Source: Octopus vulgaris
Lineage: Eukaryota
Length of the DNA stretch: 64,000 bases
NCBI GenBank assembly: GCA_951406725.2
Contig: OX597825.1
Location: forward strand, 41,912,001 to 41,976,000
Reading direction: 5' to 3'
The notes under the pieces were generated by a model. That model was given only the letters and a program-made list of their open reading frames with translations. It did no database searches and was not told the DNA's origin. Shown one piece after another: positions 54,578 through 64,000 of the stretch. A program made the translations under genes and the position numbers. Positions within the stretch are counted from its first letter, which is position 1. Every line of letters begins with the position of its first letter.

Positions 54578-54579
<2 letters not shown>
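54399..54579. repeat. Near-perfect 68-bp-arm hairpin
   Basis: Arms at 54399-54466 and 54512-54579 with 3 differences, followed by (GATA)n. Confidence 0.95.
54455..54497 (+). ncRNA. Minimal type-I hammerhead ribozyme candidate with U3-A8 core variant
   Basis: gttaca-TTGACAA-aggg(caaata)ccct-GAAA-cgcg-TC-tgtaac. It has a perfect 6-bp stem I, a 4-bp stem II, a palindromic stem III and a GUC cleavage triplet. Confidence 0.75.
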
Positions 54580-54653
<74 letters not shown>

Positions 54654-55004
54654 CACACACACAGAATAGTGCCCATGGCATGATAAAAAAACCACAATAC
54701 CGCAACACAATGTAAAGTGGTTGCAATAGAAAACATTCCAAAGCAATTACTGTAGCACGATGCAGTCCTTGGACTTATCAGATCCTTGTCGAAACATCCA
54801 ATCCATGCCTTGCACCTTACTCTACTGAATCTTATAGTGAGCTTCTTTCAGTATGGTACATGGTCTTTAAATGACAACAATGTTGAACACTCTCTCTTTC
54901 TCTCTCTCTATCTCTATCTCTGTAAATATATATATATCTATATGTATACACACACATATATATATACATCTATATACATCTATTTATCTATCTATCTATC
55001 TATC

Positions 55005-55042
<38 letters not shown>

Positions 55043-55146
55043 TACATACATACATACACAGCTACATACATACATATGTACATAGCTACATACATACATA
55101 AATACATATATATATATATAGATATATATATATATATATATATATA

Positions 55147-55941
55147 TTGGGTAATCCCATAAATAATGTAATATTTTTATGCTTCTTTTTTTTTTCAAAA
55201 TTAAGATAAACAAAGTTCTTTTTTAATCTAAAATATACTTTCCTTCGTTATTTACAATTCTCTTCCATCTATCTGGTAGACTTGCAAGGCCCTTCTTCCA
55301 AAATTCACTTGTCTGTGAGGAAAAATACTCTTCCACTACCGCTCTCAGCTTGTCTACAGAATTCCTATTTCTTCCATCAAAATGATTTTGTAAACTGAGA
55401 AATAAATAATGATCAGATGGAGCAACGTCTGGAATATATGGTGGGAGGGGCATCGTTCCCATTCTAACACCTCCAGCGTTTGGAATGTCATCCTTGCTGT
55501 ATTTTGCTGGGCATTATCCTGGTGGGAAAACACCTTTCATCTTGAAACCAAAGATAGCATACAGGAGCTCTACAGATCTTCCAGGACAAGACTCATCTTC
55601 TTGGCTGTAGTTTCCAGCTCCAAATTTCTGGAACTACCATTGACACTGGCTTATACTTATTATCCTATCTCCATATACTGCATTAATATTCTTCACACTT
55701 TCTGTTGCATTGTTGCCTTTATTAAATTCATAAAGTAAAATATGCTGCCTTTGTCACTTTCATTATAATTTTGAAAAAATAACTGTTAAAATCGAACTGC
55801 ACTCTTCAAAATTTGCTCTAAGTACATGGTAAAATTATTATCTACTTTTATAATAAGTTAATGCAGGTAGTTTATCCCGTCCCCCTCCAACTTTTAGTTC
55901 ATGCAGTTGAAAAAAAAAACATTATTTAAGGGATGACCCAA
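55147..55941 (-). mobile_element. mariner deletion derivative
   Basis: TA-flanked TIRs (TTGGGTAATCCCATAAATAATG / CATTATTTAAGGGATGACCCAA). C-terminal PPYIPDVAPSDHYLFLSLQNHF and N-terminal FYEFNKGNNAT remnants. Confidence 0.85.
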
Positions 55942-55986
55942 TATATATCTATATATCTATTTTTATATCTATCAATCTATCTATCT

Positions 55987-56040
<54 letters not shown>

Positions 56041-57527
56041 AGATAGATATATATATACATATATATAATCTGCCTAAATGATTTGTTTATAGTGTTCAAA
56101 TGTATGTATTCTACTTTAGTTCACTCCTCCCATCGAATGAATATTGCTTCTACAAGAGTACGAGTGTGATATACATCAGATGCTGATGTGATTGCAGAGC
56201 AATGTGAAATGTAGTGTTATGCTCAAAAACGCAACACATTACCTGGTCCAGGAATCGAATCCATGATCTAGTGATCTTGAGTGGAATGCCCTAACCACCA
56301 AGCTATACATTTTCACACACACACACACACATATATATGTAGAGAGAGAGACACACACGCTCACTCTCATATGTGTACACTTACGTATACACATTCACAC
56401 AAAATTTCCTCATCACATTGAACACTTTTTCTTTCACCAAATATTTAAATTGCTAACTTAATTACAGATATTAGGAACTATAGAGATCAACACAGTTTGC
56501 TCTCAAAGGTTATGTGATCAGTAAAATGGAGATTAAAATATCATGAGAGGAAATCCAATCTCCTAGTTGACTAGATTTAACATCACGTTTGTTGGCCATG
56601 TATTCAATTGGTCATACATTTAAACAGACAGTATTCAGAGTGCCTATAGAAGTGTAGCAGACATAATTCCGGCTTGGTCTTCGAAACGAAATCACACACA
56701 CAAACACATGCACACAAACACACACACACACTCACACACACACATGCACACACACACATGCACATGTATATATGCATACTGAGATATAAATACTTACAAG
56801 CACACATACCTACACACATTGACACACACACATGCACACAATCATTTATACATAGTTATCTATATTTTCGGAATATTTCTCCATATTATGCTTCAGTAAT
56901 ATATAACAAATCGAACAGCTGAATCTCCATATGGTCTATGGTCTCAGGAAATAATGTATTATATCTAAGTGACATAAACAATGGGGAGAAATGATCATTG
57001 ATCACTAAACCAGAAATCCTTAGTCTAGAACAATATTAGTGATGATTAAGTTGCATGAAAAAAATGTTGACAGAGAAACAATCCAAGAATTTATAAGAGA
57101 CATTAGTCACTCTAAGATAAAATCTTTATCCATCTTTCAAATATCTTTTCAGTCAAACATATTTTATGTACTTAAATTGGGTAATCTCTAGATGTTATTA
57201 CTGATTGGTAGCAGCTTAATTCCTTTCCATTCCCCATAGAAATGTAAAAAATAAAGTGTTCTCTTCAGTGAGATATAATACAACCTATTAACTATAGTCA
57301 CATCTTTGTAACTTCTTATCCTTTTACTTGTAAAAGTTCACGTAGTAGATGCTAATCCGTACCATGCAACTGTTAGATTTTTGCAAAGATTGAGAAGATA
57401 TTGTAAATTGCAAAGACTTTGCAACCTTGTACCTACCCCTACTAAAACTTCTAAAGTGGATGAATTACTAGAAAATACAAAATAGTTCTTTGCATGAATG
57501 AATGTTTCATAATTCTTCACTTAATAT

Positions 57528-57738
57528 TGGTTTCAAATTTTGGCACAAAACCAACCGTTTTTTGGTGGGGCTGGGGCTAAGTCAGTTAAACCAACTCCAG
57601 TGTTCAGCTGGTACCTATTTTATTGACCCCAAAAGGATGAAAAGCAAAGGCAACCCCAGTGGAATTTGAACTCAGAATGCAAAGATGGACAAAATACTGT
57701 GTAGCATTTTACCTGACAAACTAATATTGATGTTAGCC
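57528..57738 (-). mobile_element. SINE family A
   Basis: Similar to the other family A copies. Confidence 0.75.
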
Positions 57739-58637
57739 ACAACTTGGCATTAGAAGTCCTAGAGCAAGTGATAATGTTTTATGTGAAAACCAACATATTT
57801 TGTGTTCTTCTTAATGCTTATATTCTGAAACTTTGAAGAAAATAATGAAATATGAAATTCACTATGTACATACGTATATATATATGTTTATGGATGTAAT
57901 GTTTTAAATATATTCAACAATCAACAAGAAAGACAGCAGACATAAATGGCAGAATTAAATTTTAAAGTACTTTTTGTCTACATAATATCAAAACAATACT
58001 TTACACAAGATTTTTTGATCATTCCAACATCGAAAATTTTCCATTCTTATACATTAATAATTAGTTTTTTGCTATCACATGCTCTAACAAAAATTCTTTG
58101 AAAATTTGAAGAGCGTCCAGTCTATTTGTTGTTTCTACTTTTAGTAGTTGATTGAGATAACAGTAGGACTTCACTTCAGTCATACTTCAAAACTGTAAAT
58201 TCAAGACAATTTAATTCCTCCTCCTCAACAGCAGCAGCACCACCACCACCACAATCACCATCATTTTATCACCCAATCTACCCTGGTTGCATGGGTCAGA
58301 CAAAGTTTATTGAAGCAGATACTCTATGGACAAATGCTATGCCTGTCATCAACCCTCATCTGCTTCTAAGTAAGTTAAATATTTTCTCATGGCCACACAT
58401 AGTTTTTCTGAATATTAGAAATGAATCAAACTGCCCTAATGACAGGGACACTCATTTACAATTATCATGTGATGTCAAGCCAAGGAGACACAAATATCAT
58501 ATGCATACATACACATATTCACATACAAACAAACATGCACAAACACGTGCACACACACATACATATATATATATAAATAAATATATATAAATAAATATAT
58601 ATATATATATATATATAAATGTATATATATATATACA

Positions 58638-59830
58638 TTGGTATTGGTATTGGCATCCTTTCTGTCTCAGGAGACAATGGAGTTGCGCATAAAGTAGTCT
58701 AGTTCGGCTTTTATATTTCATGTCCTGATACATTTCCTGCTGTGGCTGTGTAGTCCTATCCTGGACAAACACTCCCTCTGGCAGGTACCGCAAATGTAGC
58801 GAAGACTGTTCCTGGCTGGTTGTAGTGCCATAGTCTCTTGTTTACATCTCTTCCTTTCTTTCCATTTCTCCTCTCTCTCTCTGTCACTCCTTTGTATTCC
58901 CTCTTTTACGGTACGTCGCCAATCTCCACGGTTGCCGGCAACTGCCTCCCAACCGCTAATATTGATGTTGCAGGCCTTCATGTCCCTTTTGCAAACATCC
59001 TTGTAACGTAAGATCGGTCTACCCACAGACCTAGTACCCCTAGCAAGCTCTCCATAGAGTATGTCCTTGGGGATTCTGCCATCTTTCATACGGCTAACAT
59101 GCCCAAGCCATCTCATACGTCTTTGTGTGAGGAGTGCAAACATGCTTGGTATTCCTGCTTGCTTGAGGACATCTTTGTTGGGGATATGATTCTGCCATTT
59201 GATGCAGAGGATTTTTCGGAGGCAGCGCAGGTGAAAGATGTTTAGGCGACGCTCTTGCGTGTGTATAGCGTCCAGGTCTCACTTCCATACAGTAGAGTGC
59301 TGAGTACACATACCTGGTAGATCTTCATTTTCGTGGTCTTGGTCAGCTTATTGTTGTCCTAAGCCCGTTTGGAGAGTTGGGCCATTGCAGCAGCTGCCTT
59401 GCCAATGTGTATATTGAGCTCAGCGTCAAGGGATAGGTTGTAGGTGACGGTAGAGCCCAGATAGGTAAACTTCTCCACCTCTTGTAATCTGTGGTCTCCA
59501 ATATGTATGTTTGGGATGTCCGATGTAGCCTGGCCCATGATGTTGGTCTTCTTAAGGCTGATAGCTAAGCCAAAGTCGTTACATGCTTGCTCAAAACAGT
59601 TAATGAGCCTTTGGAGGGTTTCTTTTGTGTGTGTTACCAGAGCGGCATCATCAGCAAATAACATCTCCTTGAACTGGACGTTTCTGATTTTGGTCTTGGC
59701 ACGCAGGCACAAGAGATTGAACAGTTTCCCGTCACTTCTACTGTGCAGAAACACTCCATCATCTGATGTCTGAAAGGCATGTGAAAGTAAGTGCGAGAAG
59801 AAGATGCCAAACAATGTAGGAGCGAGGACA
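58638..59830 (-). mobile_element. RTE-BovB LINE 3' half, 5'-truncated
   Basis: VLAPTLFGIFF, DGKLFNL, EMLFADDAAL, FGLAISLKKT, FTYLGS, RMRWLGHVSRMKDGRIPKDILYGEL and CGTCQRECLSRIGLHSH. Short (ATACCA)-type tail. Confidence 0.92.
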
Positions 59831-59859
59831 TATATATACATATATAAACACATATATAG

Positions 59860-60869
59860 CAAATGAAAGACAGAAGATGGAATATACGAGAATTTATTAT
59901 TAATCACGAAATTGTTTCGACATATCTAACATTGATTCCTCTTGGGTGAGACATTCAACAAGTGGTTCAGGAGCATCTGGTGGTGTAGATGTATCTCGTC
60001 AGTTGATGAATAAATACAACTCATTAAAATGATTGTTCCGCAATGTAACTTTCCGTTTTGTAGAGAGAAAAGCAGCCAGATGGAGGAAATATCTTTGGAA
60101 GATTTTGTATAGCGACTGAAGGAGGATAAAACGAAGTACAGCATTAATTGATCCATACTAAGGTATGCAAAACAAGACAATATAATTTCCAGGAGATGCC
60201 ATCTCTGCTCCGAGGAATCGCTGTCTATTCTGTGCACTAACAAGAAGATGATTAATAGAATTTCTGAACAACTCTCAAGAAGCCTTCATGCAAATAAATG
60301 TACTTTTGCACAATGCACTGAGAATGAATTTTGAGTAACCATTAACTTAACTTAATTTACTTTAAGGTATGGATGACTTTTAACCTCCCCATTCTTATAA
60401 ACCTCAGGTTGATAAATAACTCGCTTTGTGATCATGGGTGCACCAAACCTCATGTGTGCGTATGCTCACATTTTTGCACATGCTTGTATGAGTGAGTGTA
60501 CTCCCACCATGCAGCTTGCCTGAGGGCATTTATGCATCCATATTTGTTAACAGTTCTTTTTAATACTTTTCTTGCTGGTTTGCATGTTCATTTCTTTTTT
60601 GCATCTGTGATTTTATTTTTGATCTTCTATATAAATGAAGATATTTCCTCCATCTGGCTGCTTTTCTCTCTACAAAACTGAAAGTACATTGTGGAACAGT
60701 CATTTTAACAAGTTGTATTTATCACCCAAAGTGATACATCTGCACCACTGGATGCTTCTGAACCAGTTGTTGAGTGTCCCACCCAAGAGGAATCAAGGCT
60801 AGATGTGTCGAAATAATTGTGGTGATTAATAATAAATTCTCATATATTCCATCGTCTGTCTTTCATTTG
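59860..60869. mobile_element. Fold-back element with ~235-bp arms, two degenerate hammerhead-like motifs and a possible GIY-YIG remnant
   Basis: Arms at 59860-60095 and 60638-60869. The minus-strand spacer encodes ...HRIDSDSSEQRWHLLE, weakly like a Penelope endonuclease C-terminus. Confidence 0.75.
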
Positions 60870-60946
60870 ATGTATATCTAATGATCACTCTGAAAGTGAC
60901 TGCTTTTCCAGTAAGCTACTACGTGTAAACCATTCGTTTCATTATC

Positions 60947-60977
<31 letters not shown>

Positions 60978-61349
60978 ATATATATATATATATATGTATA
61001 TACACACATACACATATATATGTCTGTTATTGGGAAAATTCAGTGTTTATTATTCCTAGCAATAGTAAAGTATGTACAGAGAGGACTAGGAAGAAACTCT
61101 TTTACTCTTTTATACTCTTTTACTTGTTTCAGTCATTTGACTGCAGCCATGCTGGAGCACCGCATTTAACTGAGGAAGTTTTTTTAAAAACTAGAGCCTT
61201 AAAGTAATGTGATTGGAAACATAGTTACACATCATAAGAAAAACTGTATTTGAATAATAATACAAATCATAACTTTAATGATGTGGGCTCCCAGATTAGG
61301 AACTTGAGCAATGTTGATTGTCCTATTAAAGGTAGTGTTAATAATAATA

Positions 61350-61557
61350 ATCCTTTCTACTAAAGGCACAAGGTCTGAAATTTGTGGAGAGAGGCTTAGT
61401 TGATTACATTGACCACAGTGATTCACTGGTACTTAATTTATTATCCACAAAAGAATAAAAGACAAAGTTGACCTTGGTGGAATGTGAACTCAGACAACAC
61501 AGGCAAAATACTGCTAAGCAATTTGCCTGGCATCCTAACAATTCTGCCAGCTTGCCA
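61350..61557 (-). mobile_element. SINE family A
   Basis: Similar to the other family A copies. Confidence 0.8.
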
Positions 61558-61595
<38 letters not shown>

Positions 61596-61680
61596 TGATG
61601 ATGATAATAATAATGATAATGATGTGGTGAAGAAGAAGAAGAAGAAGAAGAAGAAGAAGAAGAAGAAGAAAGGAAAGAAA
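61558..61680. repeat. (AAT)n/(GAT)n/(AAG)n compound microsatellite
   Basis: Read directly. Confidence 0.95.
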
Positions 61681-61687
61681 ACAAACT

Positions 61688-62045
61688 ATGCTAGATCATA
61701 GATATAGCATGCCCAGCTGACAACACGGTATGCGATAAGGAAGAAAGAAAAGTTGAGAGATATGACAGGTTAGCTTGGGAAGTTAAGCTGTTGTGGTCGA
61801 TGAAAAAGTTAGCAGTAGTACCAATAAGTGTTGGAACCCTGAGAACAGTGACCAAAAATCTTGAGAAGTACGTGGAAGAAATAGGGGCTGCAATAAGGGT
61901 GGCGCACTTGCAGAAAACGGCACTGCATAGGACCGTACGAATACTCTGGAAGGTACTCAAAAAATAAGAGGTGTTACCTTAGTTCAGTGGTAGTGAACAG
62001 CTGATACTGTAGTACATCTCCAGCGTTAGAAGCTGTGCAAAAGGC
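61688..62045 (+). mobile_element. R4/Dong-like LINE extreme 3' fragment
   Basis: IIDIACPAD...KEERKVERYDRLAWEVKLLW...VVPISVGTL...LQKTALHRTVRILWKVL (restriction-like endonuclease), embedded in AAG/AAT repeats. Confidence 0.8.
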
Positions 62046-64000
62046 AAGAAGAAGAAGAATAGTACTTATAAAAATAAGAATAATAGTAATAACGCAAAAA
62101 ATAATTAGGTTATTGAAAAAAATCAACAAATGTCAAAGTAACTGTAATACTGTTTGACCTGTACTGAATTATATTGACAATAATTGATATTGTGAACACC
62201 AATATAATTTATAGTAATGGTAATAATGGTTGTGACAGGCATAATAAAATTAATAACACTAAGAATAATGTTAACAATACTGATAGTTCAAATAGTCCCA
62301 CTACAACATGCATATTTAGTTATCACACACCAAATAGTCGGTGGAAGTCATGCATTGATGACATAATATGGTTTAATCTACTTTGGTCTAATAATATGAT
62401 TATGCAATTATTCAAGGAATTGCTTACTGCTTTATAGAAGAATTTCCCTCTATTTAGTAAATATCACCATATTTTTAATAAATGTAAAATAAGAATTTCT
62501 TTCTCATCTTTACCTAATTTAGCAAACATTGTAGCAGATATTAAAAAGAATAATATTAACAGCTTTACTTGTTACAATCTAAATAGTAATAATTTCTAAT
62601 AATGACAATCGTAATTACATCCCCAATGATGACAACAATAGCAGTAACAGCAGCGGGGTGATAAGTCGCAATTGTCAGCAACAACTTCTGATAATGACCG
62701 CCAGTTGACTGCTTCAAACTCCAACTCTTTTGACAGTTGCACAAGCTATAATAGAGGTGGCACTTATGTGGACAGTAACTATAACAACATGAATTTTGAC
62801 TTAGATAAGAGTGAAACCAATTGGTGTAGCATCAGTGGAGGTGATGATTATATAAATAACATAAATTATGATAATTACTGATGACAATATTAACAATCCA
62901 TGCAACAGCATCAAGAATTAACCTTGCAATGGCAGTACTATTATAAATATCACCATCTCTGTTGACTCTTATGTAAACCTTGATAATACAAGTGATTCTA
63001 ATAGGACTAACAATAATTATTACTCTGTAAACTGCACATGAACATTTTAATATTCCTACTAGCAACACAGAGAATACTAGTGTTCATAGGTCTCATAAGT
63101 TATGTAACTGTCAAAATAGACTCCTACGTGCACTTAATAATTTATACCTCACTATAATTATTATCTATAGAAGTGACATACAATCTAATCAGACCACATT
63201 TACCAATATCAGTTCAACAGCTTGAGAATTGAAGTAAAGATTTTATAATCCTTCTCATAACTTTCACTCATGGAAAAAATTAGGGAATTAAAAAAGCAAC
63301 AAATATTCTAACCTACCTGGAGCATAATCAAACTTGCATTACTCTATTCCAGTAATGTCCTCTATAAATTTAGTTCACTAACAGTGAAATGCTTGCATTA
63401 CATTAGAAACATGTTCTTAGACTTCAAACATCTTATCTGATATACTTTGAATTACTTACTACTTAATCCCTAATCTATTAGCATTTATTTAACCTACACT
63501 TTGTGTCTTAGTTGAGTGTCCACATCTCGCTTAAGTACTAAATAATATTTATAACAATCTGTAATTTATACTTTTGTTTGACTTTGTTGATCACCTACCT
63601 CCAGAACTTAGCATTTCTTGGTTTACCAACTAACAAGTTACGTTGTCTTATTTGCTGCTTACTATCACATTGATTCACATCTTTATGTTCAAAAATTTGT
63701 AAAATACTTGATTCCCTTAGTCCCTTTGTTCTTTATTGCCTTTACTGTTATATTTATGAATATGTGTGTTTACATCTATCTATCTATCTATCTATCTATC
63801 TATATATCTACCTATTTGTCTCTCTCTCTCTCTCTCTCTCATTATATATATATATATAGGTATATATTTTATAATATATTATTATTAATATCAAGAAATC
63901 AATATTAGAAAATTCTTCAGAAAGATATATACGTGTGTAAAATAATTGTTGTATTACAAATATAAATATATATAAAAATATATGTAAATATGTATAAGTA

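Noticed and set aside
55978-56050. Palindrome around a TA tract
   Set aside because: It is explained by self-complementary microsatellite sequence.
62170-63070. Asn/Asp-rich short ORFs
   Set aside because: These are decayed AAT/GAT trinucleotide repeats with no consistent frame.

Overview
This is AT-rich eukaryotic DNA made almost entirely of repeats. The SINE families and microsatellite style match what I recognise from octopus (coleoid cephalopod) genomes, but that is an inference. I found no credible host protein-coding exon, and most listed ORFs are microsatellite or transposon artefacts. The window holds decayed LINEs (RTE/BovB, R4/Dong-like, Tx1/L1-like), one long Penelope-like element (RT plus GIY-YIG), DNA transposon relics (mariner, maT/DD37D, pogo/Tc2-like, Chapaev3, a MITE) and many tRNA-type SINEs. 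The most notable signal is a set of fold-back (inverted-repeat) elements with no obvious sequence similarity to each other, most of them abutting microsatellites. They carry minimal type-I hammerhead ribozyme motifs at about 1.8, 8.9, 31.4, 54.5 and 59.9-60.0 kb, and a related motif lies at the Penelope 3' end (54.0 kb). The motif at 54455-54497 has a U3-A8 compensatory core variant and overlaps one arm of a near-perfect 68-bp hairpin. Coordinates were read by eye, and repeat boundaries are approximate.
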